Origin: Bacteroidaceae bacterium
GTDB taxonomy: Bacteria; Bacteroidota; Bacteroidia; Bacteroidales; Bacteroidaceae
Assembly (NCBI GenBank): GCA_045113495.1
Contig: JBGUIZ010000003.1
Location: 18,665-82,664, forward strand
Length of the DNA: 64,000 bases
Reading direction: 5' to 3'
Numbering within the stretch: the first letter of the stretch is position 1; every line of letters begins with the position of its first letter. The translations under genes and the position numbers were made by a program. The notes under the pieces are model-generated. The model was not told the origin of the DNA. It ran no database searches and saw only the letters and a list, made by a program, of their open reading frames with translations. This document shows, in pieces, positions 51,720-60,536 of the stretch.

Positions 51720-54161
51720 ATGGCAAAGGAATACGGATATTATGATGATGCGGCCAGGGAGTATGTAATAACCGACCCCTGCACACCGTGGCCTTGGATA
51801 AACTATCTGGGTACCCGGGATTTCTTTGGACTCATCTCCAATACGGCAGGCGGATATGATTTCTGCAAGGATGCCAAGTTCCGCCGAATTACCCGTTACC
51901 GCTATAACGGAGTTCCCATGGATGCGGGCGGCCGTTACTTCTACATAAAGGACGGTGATACGGTATGGAATCCGGGCTGGAAACCCTGCAAGACTACGCT
52001 TGATTTCTACGAGTGCCGTCACGGCATGAACTATACCTCAATTGAGGGCCGCAAGGACGGTGTTACCGCCCGTGTGCTTTTCTTTGTTCCGCTCAAGACT
52101 TGGGCCGAGGTCCAGAAACTGACGCTTACCAATACTACCGATAAGGTCAAGAAGCTTAAGCTGTTCAGCTTCCAGGAGTGGTGCCTTTGGAACGCATCGA
52201 CCGATATGGAGAATTTCCAGCGCAACTTCTCTACCGGTGAGGTGGAGATTGACGGCTCTGTGATCTACCATAAGACGGAGTACAAGGAGCGCCGCAACCA
52301 CTACGCATACTACTCGGTAAATGTGCCCGTGCAGGGATTTGACACTGACCGCGAATCTTTCCTGGGTCTGTACAACGGATTTGACTCTCCTGAAGCTGTG
52401 CTTGAGGGCAAGCCCCGCAACAGCGTGGCCCACGGATGGTCACCCATAGCATCCCACTATCTGGAGATGGAACTTAAGCCGGGTGAGAGCCGTGACCTGA
52501 TATTCGTGCTGGGTTATGTGGAGAATCCTCAGGATGACAAATGGGAGAGCAAGGGTGTAATCAACAAACGCCCGGCCCGTGAGACCCTTTCCCGTCTGGA
52601 TACAGTAGCCAAGGTTGATGCCGAGTTCCGCAAACTCAATGAATACTGGGATAATCTGCTCAGCATCTTCAATGTCAAGAGCGGAGATGACCGAATGGAC
52701 CGCACTGTCAACATCTGGAACCAGTACCAGTGCATGATTACCTTCTGTTTCTCACGCAGCGCATCGTTCTTTGAGAGCGGCATAGGGCGTGGCATGGGAT
52801 TCCGTGACTCCAATCAGGACCTGATAGGATTCGTGCATCAGATTCCGGAGCGTGCCCGCGAGAGGATAATCGATATCGCATCGACCCAGTTTGCCGACGG
52901 AGGCTGCTACCATCAGTACCAGCCCCTGACCAAGCGCGGCAATGACGGTATAGGCGGCGGATTCAACGATGATCCCATGTGGCTCATATTCGGCGTTTGC
53001 GGTTATCTGCGTGAGACGGGTGACTTTGGCATACTTGATGAACCGGTTCCGTTTGATAACGTACCCGGCAGCGAGAAGAGTCTGTTTGAGCATCTTACCA
53101 TATCATTTGATCATGTGGTCAATAATCTGGGTCCTCACGGACTGCCTCTGATAGGACGTGCCGATTGGAATGACTGCATGAACCTGAACTGTTTCAGCAA
53201 TGATCCTGACGAGAGCTTCCAGACTACTGAGAACAAGACCGAGGGCAGCAAGGCAGAGAGCCTTATGATTGCTGGCCTGTTCGTGTTCAGCGGTCGTGAC
53301 TATGTGGAACTGTGCCGTCACTTGGGCCGTAATGCCGAGGCTGACCGTGCACAGAAGCACATTGATGCCATGATCAAGGCTGTTGAGCAGTATGGATGGG
53401 ACGGTGAGTGGTTCCTGCGTGCATATGACTATTTCGGAAATAAGGTAGGCTCCCATGAGAATGAGGAGGGTCAGATATTCATAGAGTCCAACGGATGGTG
53501 CACCATGGCGGGCATCGGTCTTAAGGAGGGTCTCTGCGACAAGGCTCTTGACTCCGTCAAGGAGCGTCTTGACTCAGAGCACGGCATAGTACTGAACAAC
53601 CCCGCATTCACCCGTTACTACATAGAGTACGGAGAGATATCCAGTTACCCCGCAGGTTACAAGGAGAACGCCGGCATATTCTGCCACAACAACCCCTGGG
53701 TAATCATAGGTGAGACAGTTCGCGGTAACGGCAAGGCCGCCATGGAATACTGGCGCAAAATCTGCCCTGCCTACATCAAAGACCAGACCCTGCACAAGGT
53801 TGAACCCTACGTTTACTCCCAGATGGTAGCAGGAAAGGATGCATTCCGTCCCGGCGAGGGTAAGAACTCATGGCTCACCGGCACAGCCGCATGGAACTGG
53901 TACACCATCACCCAGTTCATCCTTGGAATCAAGCCGACTTACAACGGCCTTGAGATTGATCCCTGCATCAGTCCCGATATGAAGGAATACAAGGTTACCA
54001 GAAAGTTCCGCGGAGCAACCTACGAGATTGAAATCAAGAATCCCAACGGTGCCACCCACGGAATCAAATCATTAACCATAGACGGCAAAGAAATCACCGG
54101 AAATCTAATCCCCCTCGCCGCAGAAGGCTCCAAGGTGCGCGTAACAGCAATCCTTCAGTGA
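51720..54161 (+). CDS. GH94 glycoside phosphorylase (cellobiose / chitobiose phosphorylase family)
   Basis: 813 aa. The N-terminus [39 protein letters not shown] and the overall size are typical of cellobiose phosphorylases. Confidence 0.88.
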   Translation: MAKEYGYYDDAAREYVITDPCTPWPWINYLGTRDFFGLISNTAGGYDFCKDAKFRRITRYRYNGVPMDAGGRYFYIKDGDTVWNPGWKPCKTTLDFYECRHGMNYTSIEGRKDGVTARVLFFVPLKTWAEVQKLTLTNTTDKVKKLKLFSFQEWCLWNASTDMENFQRNFSTGEVEIDGSVIYHKTEYKERRNHYAYYSVNVPVQGFDTDRESFLGLYNGFDSPEAVLEGKPRNSVAHGWSPIASHYLEMELKPGESRDLIFVLGYVENPQDDKWESKGVINKRPARETLSRLDTVAKVDAEFRKLNEYWDNLLSIFNVKSGDDRMDRTVNIWNQYQCMITFCFSRSASFFESGIGRGMGFRDSNQDLIGFVHQIPERARERIIDIASTQFADGGCYHQYQPLTKRGNDGIGGGFNDDPMWLIFGVCGYLRETGDFGILDEPVPFDNVPGSEKSLFEHLTISFDHVVNNLGPHGLPLIGRADWNDCMNLNCFSNDPDESFQTTENKTEGSKAESLMIAGLFVFSGRDYVELCRHLGRNAEADRAQKHIDAMIKAVEQYGWDGEWFLRAYDYFGNKVGSHENEEGQIFIESNGWCTMAGIGLKEGLCDKALDSVKERLDSEHGIVLNNPAFTRYYIEYGEISSYPAGYKENAGIFCHNNPWVIIGETVRGNGKAAMEYWRKICPAYIKDQTLHKVEPYVYSQMVAGKDAFRPGEGKNSWLTGTAAWNWYTITQFILGIKPTYNGLEIDPCISPDMKEYKVTRKFRGATYEIEIKNPNGATHGIKSLTIDGKEITGNLIPLAAEGSKVRVTAILQ

Positions 54162-54363
54162 AAGAATTTGGGGTATCGGTATCAGAAACCGTCGCCACCC
54201 TCGGCGCGTTAGAGGGAGGGGCCCGTGCTCAAGAAGATGCTCTGGAAGGTGGGAGCTTGCTCACGCCTTTCAGAGCGTCTTATTGGGGATGGGAGGGATA
54301 GGCCCGTAGGGCCGTAGTTTCAGATACTGATACCCCAAATTCTCACTGAGGGATTGCTGTTAC
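54141..54363. repeat. 223-bp element with ~48-bp imperfect terminal inverted repeats spanning the ends of both convergent genes
   Basis: The left arm is gtaacagcaatccttcagtgaaagaatttggggtatcggtatcagaaac (54141-54189). The reverse complement of 54317-54363 is gtaacagcaatccctcagtgagaatttggggtatcagtatctgaaac. They differ by 3 mismatches and a 2-nt indel. Confidence 0.75.
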
Positions 54364-54728
54364 CTCTCAATAGCGAGAGTAAAGCCGGATGCCGCGCAAG
54401 GAGCGCAAACCGGAGGATTCTCCTTGCAGACCTTAATAGTCAGTGCCTTAATCGCAGGGAAACTATCAAGTAGCGCCTGAGCTATACGTCCCGCTACGTG
54501 TTCAAGTAAAGCAGAGCGAATAAGCATCTGCTGTTTGATAACTTCAGCGACTTGAGCATAGTTGATAGTTCCGCTCAAATCATCGGATTGTATGGCAAGA
54601 GTTGCATCGGCAGTGATGCATACATCAACCGTGTACCATGCACCGACAATGGCCTCCTGCGGCTCTGCACCGTGATAGGCGTAGAACCGCAGGCTGTCAA
54701 GTGTTATGGTCTGTTCCTTTATCTTCAT
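54360..54728 (-). CDS. folB: Dihydroneopterin aldolase
   Basis: The ORF track extends to 54866, overlapping nrdJ. ATG 54728 gives a 122-aa protein, MKIKEQTITLDSLRFYAYHGAEPQEAIVGAWYTVDV... Confidence 0.85.
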   Translation of the reverse strand: MKIKEQTITLDSLRFYAYHGAEPQEAIVGAWYTVDVCITADATLAIQSDDLSGTINYAQVAEVIKQQMLIRSALLEHVAGRIAQALLDSFPAIKALTIKVCKENPPVCAPCAASGFTLAIER

Positions 54729-54732
54729 CTTA

Positions 54733-57318
54733 TTATCCGCAACGTGAGGAGCCGCAGTTCTTGCAGATGAGGCAGCCCTCCTGGTAAACCAGGGATTCGC
54801 TTCCGCAAACGGAGCACTTCTCGCCCTTGACGGCTGTACCGTCCTGGACGTATTTCTTGAGTGCACGCTCCACGCCGTTTTTCCAGTTGTTAATATTCTC
54901 TGATCCCAGATCCAATGATCCTATAAGTTTCATGCACAGGTCAATAGGCATCTGGTAACGCAATACGCCCGATATCAGCTTGGCGTAGTTCCAGTACTCC
55001 TTGTCAAACTTCTCGGACAGGCCCTCGATGGTTACTTTGTATCCGCGTTTGTTGGTAAACTGGAAGTCATAACGCTTGCGGCCCTCCTCGTCAATGTTCT
55101 TGATGATCCAGCCGTGGTCCACGGTCTTAGGCAGTACAATGCCCTCCTCGTCATCCTGCAGACCGGTGAATATCTCATATGGACGGCCGTCCAGGATTCC
55201 CACGAATGCCACCCATTTCTCCTTGTTGTTCTGGAAACGTACCACATCGGCCTCCAGTATGCGGGGACGAACCTCGACAACCTGACGCGGCTCGCAGTCG
55301 CATGGTGCCAGAGTGGGCTCCTTGGCGTCTTTCTTCTCCTTCTCCTTATCGGCTTTCTTGTCACTCTTGGCGTCAATGAGCACGCCGTCACGTGAGCCGT
55401 CGCGGTATACGGTGCAGCCTTTGCAGCCGCTCTTCCATGCCTCAACGTAGAGCTGGTTGACCAGATCCTCTGATACGTCATTTGGCAGGTTGATGGTTAC
55501 GCTGATGGAGTGGTCTACCCATTTCTGCATGGCACCCTGCATCTTTACCTTGTTTACCCAGTCAACATCCTGTGCGGTGGCCTTGTAGTAGGGTGAGCGG
55601 GCAACCAGCTCGTCAACCTCCTCGGGGGTGAACTTCTGTGCCGGATTGATACCGTTCACTATCATCCACTCCACAAACTTGTGGTGGAATACTATGAACT
55701 CCTCAAATGAATCGCCGTTCTCATCGGTAAAGGTTATGTTGGCGTTCTCATCCTCACGGTTAACCTTGCGACGACGCTTGTAGACGGGCATGAACACCGG
55801 CTCCAGGCCTGATGTGGTCTGAGTCATGAGGCTTACGGTACCTGTGGGCGCAATGGTAAGACATGCTATATTACGGCGGCCGTATTTCTTCATATCCTCA
55901 TAGAGCTGGGGATCGGCCTCCTTAAGACGCAGTATGAAGGGGTTCTTCTGCTCGCGTTTCCAGTCAAATATCTCAAATGCACCGCGCTCGCGTGCCATCT
56001 CTACCGATGAACGGTATGCGGCAAGTGCCAGCGTACGCTGAACCTTCTCGGCGAATGCGGTGGCTTCCTCTGTTCCGTAACGGAGTCCCATTGCGGCCAG
56101 CATATCACCCTCGGCAGTGATGCCTACACCGGTACGGCGGCCCATGGTGCTCTTGTGCATGATCTTCTCCCACAGACGCTTCTCAGTATACTTGGTCTCG
56201 TCATCCTCTGGGTCACTGGCTATCTTGGCCTGGATCATGTCAATCTTCTCAATCTCAAGGTCAATGATGTCATCCATTATGCGCTGGGCAACGGTCACAT
56301 GCTTCTTGAACAGGTCAAAGTCAAACTCAGCCTTGGGGGTGAACGGGTTCTTTACGTATGAGTAGAGGTTTATGGCCAGCAGACGGCAGCTGTCATAGGG
56401 ACAGAGGGGTATCTCACCGCAGGGATTGGTGCTGACGGTTCGGAATCCCAGGTCTGCATAGCAGTCAGGTACTGACTCACGTATTATGGTATCCCAGAAC
56501 AGGACTCCGGGCTCGGCCGATTTCCATGCGTTGTGCACGATCTTCTTCCAGAGCTCAGCGGCGTCGACCTCCTTCTTGTAGAGAGGGTTCTTGGAATCGA
56601 TGGGGTAGGTCTGCAGATATTTCTTGCCGCTGATGGCGGCTTTCATGAACTCATCATCAATCTTGACCGATACGTTGGCACCGGTAACCTTGCCGCTCTC
56701 CATCTTGGCGTCGATGAATGACTCTGAGTCAGGGTGCTTGATGGATACGCTCAGCATAAGGGCACCGCGGCGTCCGTCCTGTGCAACCTCACGGGTGGAG
56801 TTTGAGAAACGTTCCATGAACGGAACCAGTCCGGTCGATGTGAGCGCTGAGTTCTTTACGGGTGAACCCTTGGGGCGTATATCGGACAGGTCATGGCCTA
56901 CACCTCCGCGGCGTTTCATAAGCTGGACCTGCTCCTCATCTATCTTCATGATGGCGCCGTATGAGTCGGCTGATCCCTCATTACCTATTACAAAGCAGTT
57001 GGAAAGGGATGCAATCTGATAGTTGTTGCCAATTCCGGTCATGGGGCTACCCTGTGGAACAATGTATTTGAACCCTTTGAGCAGTTCATGGAGCTCTTTT
57101 GCACTCATGGGATTCTTGTACTTTTTCTCCACGCGTGCAATCTCATTTGCTATGCGCCAGTGCATGTCATCGGGAGTCTTTTCATAGATATTCCCGAAAG
57201 AGTCCTTAACGGCGTACTTGTTAACCCAAACCTTGGCTGCAAGTTCGTCGCCTCCAAAATACTCGACGGAGGCCTTGAACGCCTCATCGAATGTGTAGGT
57301 CTGTTTTTGTTTATCCAT
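54733..57318 (-). CDS. nrdJ: Adenosylcobalamin-dependent (class II) ribonucleotide reductase
   Basis: 861 aa with LSNCFV, NPCGEIPL and APTGTVS, plus a C-terminal Cys-rich tail CSVCGS...CLICKNCGSSRCG. Confidence 0.9.
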   Translation of the reverse strand: MDKQKQTYTFDEAFKASVEYFGGDELAAKVWVNKYAVKDSFGNIYEKTPDDMHWRIANEIARVEKKYKNPMSAKELHELLKGFKYIVPQGSPMTGIGNNYQIASLSNCFVIGNEGSADSYGAIMKIDEEQVQLMKRRGGVGHDLSDIRPKGSPVKNSALTSTGLVPFMERFSNSTREVAQDGRRGALMLSVSIKHPDSESFIDAKMESGKVTGANVSVKIDDEFMKAAISGKKYLQTYPIDSKNPLYKKEVDAAELWKKIVHNAWKSAEPGVLFWDTIIRESVPDCYADLGFRTVSTNPCGEIPLCPYDSCRLLAINLYSYVKNPFTPKAEFDFDLFKKHVTVAQRIMDDIIDLEIEKIDMIQAKIASDPEDDETKYTEKRLWEKIMHKSTMGRRTGVGITAEGDMLAAMGLRYGTEEATAFAEKVQRTLALAAYRSSVEMARERGAFEIFDWKREQKNPFILRLKEADPQLYEDMKKYGRRNIACLTIAPTGTVSLMTQTTSGLEPVFMPVYKRRRKVNREDENANITFTDENGDSFEEFIVFHHKFVEWMIVNGINPAQKFTPEEVDELVARSPYYKATAQDVDWVNKVKMQGAMQKWVDHSISVTINLPNDVSEDLVNQLYVEAWKSGCKGCTVYRDGSRDGVLIDAKSDKKADKEKEKKDAKEPTLAPCDCEPRQVVEVRPRILEADVVRFQNNKEKWVAFVGILDGRPYEIFTGLQDDEEGIVLPKTVDHGWIIKNIDEEGRKRYDFQFTNKRGYKVTIEGLSEKFDKEYWNYAKLISGVLRYQMPIDLCMKLIGSLDLGSENINNWKNGVERALKKYVQDGTAVKGEKCSVCGSESLVYQEGCLICKNCGSSRCG

Positions 57319-57384
57319 TTATAATTACTTGTTTGATGTATGCCCTTTAGGTCGGTTCCAATCATCTGATTGGTATTAGCGTCA

Positions 57385-57392
57385 CAAATGTA
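57385..57392 (-). promoter_or_regulatory. -7 box TAcaTTTG upstream of nrdJ
   Basis: The reverse complement of caaatgta, about 66 nt upstream of ATG 57318. The leader contains hairpin CCAATCagatGATTGG. Confidence 0.45.
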
Positions 57393-57580
57393 AAAAATGT
57401 GTTTTATAAAAACTAATGTTTGCAAATAATATATTGCCGTTTAATTGAAAGTTTTCCGTTTTGTTTAATCAAAATGCAGAAAACCAACTAAATAGCATTT
57501 TGATAAATTGAAAAAGTTTTCCCAAACGGGAAACATTCCTAATTTTTCTGCCTGTTGGTATGTTTGAATCCGATATGAAC

Positions 57581-57611
57581 AGAAAAGAAAAAAGCGGTGA
57601 AAGTTCACCGC
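57581..57611 (-). terminator. Intrinsic terminator after dnaA
   Basis: On the minus strand: GCGGTGA-ACTT-TCACCGC followed by TTTTTTCTTTTCT. Confidence 0.75.
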
Positions 57612-57638
57612 TTTACAATCATGTGCAGGTTATTGTTA

Positions 57639-59039
57639 TCAGCAACGAAGTCCGCTTTCAATATTTTCCATATCAGCCTTGAAGTTCTTGTCTACCTGAA
57701 TCTGGTCACGAACCATATTGCAGGCATGAAGAACTGTGGCGTGGTCGCGTTTGCCGATATAGGCTCCGATCTTTGAAGTTGAGAAATCCAGGTATTTCTT
57801 GGCAAGATACATGCTGATCTGTCTTACCTGAACTATCTCATGTTTGCGTGACTTGGACTGTATGGATGCCTCGTCTATGTTGTAATAGTCGCAGACCTTG
57901 GAAATTATTGATTCTATCGTGATGGGCTTCTGCTCGTGATGCTGGCTCTTGTCAATCACCTCATGGGTAAGATTCAGGTCAATCTCCTTACCATAGATGG
58001 TAGAGTAGGCCATCAGAGATACTATTACTCCCTCCAGGTCACGAACGTTGTCACGAACCTTGTCTGCTATGTAATCGATGACCGGCTCCGGGAAGTTGAG
58101 ACCGTCACGTCTTGTCTTGTCACGAAGAATGTCTTTACGCAGGTTCAGGTCCGGACGCTCCAGTTCTGCTACAAGACCCCACTTGAAACGGGTAACCAGA
58201 CGTTCCTCCAGATCCTTCATGTCCTTGGGAGCCCTGTCACTTGTCATGATGAGCTGCTTGTGGTTGAGGTGAAGGTAATTGAATATGTGGAAGAATGTGT
58301 TCTGGGTCTTGGTCTGACCGGCCATCTCCTGCATGTCATCTATTATCAGAACGTCAATTGACTGATAGAAATGGATGAAGTCATTGGTGGTGTTGTTCTT
58401 TACAGAATCAACATACTGCACCATGAACAGGTGGGCTGATACATACAGAACCCTCTTTTCCGGATGAAGTTCCTTTACCTTACGTCCGATGGCGTTTACC
58501 AGATGGGTCTTTCCTACACCGGATGATCCGTAGATGAACAACGGATTGAATGCTGTGCTTGCCGGATTGAGTGCGATGGTTTCACCAGCCGTACGTGCCA
58601 GCTTGTTGCTTATACCCTCAACATAGTTCTCAAAACTGTAGTTGGGATCAAGCATGGGGTTCAGGTCCTGAACCAGCGGTGCGTCATTTACGGATGGTGC
58701 CTTGTTGCCGGTATCGGCAGTACCTTTGATATTATTAGATAAGGTGTTTGCGGAACTTACGTTCTGGCTTATGTTGTTCTCCTTATCTGTAAGAATGCTG
58801 TAGGCGAGTTTTGTTCCCTTACCGAATACCTTTGTTATGGCAGCCTTGATGACGTCAAGGTAGTTCTGCTCAAGATACTCATATACAAAAGAGCTTGGAA
58901 CCTGGATCATGAGTTCACCGCTTTCAAGTGAGACAGGCTCTACGATGGAGAACCATGTATCGAATGCTGATTCCGATACATTGTCACGGATGAAATCCAG
59001 ACATAAGCTCCATTGGTTCTTTAGTTCAGTTCCTGTCAT
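57639..59039 (-). CDS. dnaA: Chromosomal replication initiator protein DnaA
   Basis: The ORF track extends to 59093; ATG 59039 (MTGTELKNQWSLCLDFIRDNV...) is more likely. Contains Walker A GSSGVGKTHL, LIIDDMQ, and the C-terminal DNA-binding helix region ISMYLAKKY...IGAYIGKRDHATVLHA. Confidence 0.95.
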   Translation of the reverse strand: MTGTELKNQWSLCLDFIRDNVSESAFDTWFSIVEPVSLESGELMIQVPSSFVYEYLEQNYLDVIKAAITKVFGKGTKLAYSILTDKENNISQNVSSANTLSNNIKGTADTGNKAPSVNDAPLVQDLNPMLDPNYSFENYVEGISNKLARTAGETIALNPASTAFNPLFIYGSSGVGKTHLVNAIGRKVKELHPEKRVLYVSAHLFMVQYVDSVKNNTTNDFIHFYQSIDVLIIDDMQEMAGQTKTQNTFFHIFNYLHLNHKQLIMTSDRAPKDMKDLEERLVTRFKWGLVAELERPDLNLRKDILRDKTRRDGLNFPEPVIDYIADKVRDNVRDLEGVIVSLMAYSTIYGKEIDLNLTHEVIDKSQHHEQKPITIESIISKVCDYYNIDEASIQSKSRKHEIVQVRQISMYLAKKYLDFSTSKIGAYIGKRDHATVLHACNMVRDQIQVDKNFKADMENIESGLRC

Positions 59040-59414
59040 TTTTATCTCACTATTGAAAACGGTTGTGTTGTGTTCCAATCGTCGGCTTTGCAAAGTTGAT
59101 AATCTTATTCCATTTGTCCAAACAGTTTTTGTCAGTCAAAAAAAACCTCTTACGTAAAGTATTGGGAATTAATGACTTGTAAAACAGGCTTAAAAAGGTT
59201 GAAAAGAGCCTATTGATTTTTTACAAATATCTGAATATCAGTGATATAACCTGTTGATAACTTATAAAAGGCATGGTTTGGGCAGTTCTCTATCCCCCTT
59301 TTTGAATGTGTTTTGGACAAGATTGGTTATAGTCTTTTTTTAATTTGCAGGAGAGTGTTTATTTGGATAAAATCTAATTTAGGCGAAGTTTTTCGCTGAA
59401 TAAAAATGCCTGAA

Positions 59415-60518
59415 TTATTTGTTTTTTGAGGTCATTTCACGTGCTTCTTTGACACTGATTTTCTTTCCCTCATAGACCGCAATTACGAATGCATCCTTGT
59501 ATTTTTTCTGAACCTCCGCCTTCGTTTTGAGGATGGTTTCATAATCGGTAGTATCACCGCAGGTATACTTGCACATTCCACCCTCCTGGTAGTAGTCTAC
59601 ATTTTCATATGCCTTGAGCTTCTTATCATTCTTCTTGAGGGGATTCTTAAGGCTCATGAACTGTACCTTGTATACGGGTAGAGGCTTCTCGACTTCCTTT
59701 TGTCCTATTGCCTGCGCTGCAGGAACAGCCTTCTCAACCAGTTTGTTGTGATATTCCAGATAATCGGCAAAAGCCTTGTACAGGCTCATACTCATCTCAT
59801 CCTCTCCTTTTTGTGATGTGAGATACTTGCACTCATTGTCATTGGATATGAATCCGAGTTCTATCAGTATGCTGGGCATGGTGCTTTTCCAAAGTACCAG
59901 ATATCCTGCCTGATGCACGCCGCGGTCAGGACGTTTGGCGGACTTTACCATCTGGTCCTGAGTGAATGACGCCATCTTGAGGCTCTCTTTCTGATACTCG
60001 TTCTGCATGAACTCAAATATGATCATACTCTCCGGACTGTTGGGGTCATAACCTTCATAGTGGGTCTGGTAGTCATTCTCCAGGAGAATGGCCTTGTTCT
60101 CCTCAAGCGCAGCATTGAGGTTGGCGGCGGTGCGGTTCTCTTCCACTCCTAGCAGGTATGTCTCTGCTCCGTATGCGCTCTTGCTCTTGGCCGAGTTGGT
60201 GTGGACGGATATGAACATGTCTGCGCTTGCCTTGTTGGCTATGTCAGCGCGTTTGTACAACTCAACGAACACATCGGTCTTGCGGGTGTAGATGACCTTG
60301 ACGTTCTTGCAGTTCTCCTCAATGAGCTTACCCATTTTGAGGGCTACGTTCAGGTTAATGGATTTCTCCTGACTCTTTCCGTTCACGGCACCCGGGTCCT
60401 TGCCTCCGTGGCCGGGGTCAATGACCAGCACAAAACGTCCCTGTTCATCGATGGCGTGAGCGGGGCAGAATGTAAGCAACGATGCTGAAAGAATCAGAAC
60501 TGAAAGCAACCTGTTCAT
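59415..60518 (-). CDS. N-acetylmuramoyl-L-alanine amidase (Amidase_3) with a C-terminal SPOR-like domain
   Basis: 367 aa. Signal peptide, VIDPGHGGKDPGA, FISVHTNS, and a C-terminal YKVQFMSLKNP...FVIAVYEGKKISV. Confidence 0.88.
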   Translation of the reverse strand: MNRLLSVLILSASLLTFCPAHAIDEQGRFVLVIDPGHGGKDPGAVNGKSQEKSINLNVALKMGKLIEENCKNVKVIYTRKTDVFVELYKRADIANKASADMFISVHTNSAKSKSAYGAETYLLGVEENRTAANLNAALEENKAILLENDYQTHYEGYDPNSPESMIIFEFMQNEYQKESLKMASFTQDQMVKSAKRPDRGVHQAGYLVLWKSTMPSILIELGFISNDNECKYLTSQKGEDEMSMSLYKAFADYLEYHNKLVEKAVPAAQAIGQKEVEKPLPVYKVQFMSLKNPLKKNDKKLKAYENVDYYQEGGMCKYTCGDTTDYETILKTKAEVQKKYKDAFVIAVYEGKKISVKEAREMTSKNK

Positions 60519-60536
60519 GACGATGTGTGTATTATG

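Noticed and set aside
51390-52022. 210-aa minus-strand ORF bridging the GPH transporter and GH94 genes.
   Set aside because: It is antisense to both genes and has no domain signal.
54729-54866. 46-codon N-terminal extension of the folB ORF overlapping the nrdJ 3' end.
   Set aside because: The extension is Arg/Ala/Ser-rich antisense-type sequence. ATG 54728 gives a normal 122-aa FolB that starts right after the nrdJ stop codon.
57319-57392. Whether a cobalamin riboswitch (or another riboswitch) lies in the nrdJ leader.
   Set aside because: The predicted leader is only about 66 nt with one small hairpin. That is too short for a cobalamin riboswitch, and no B12-box-like sequence was seen.
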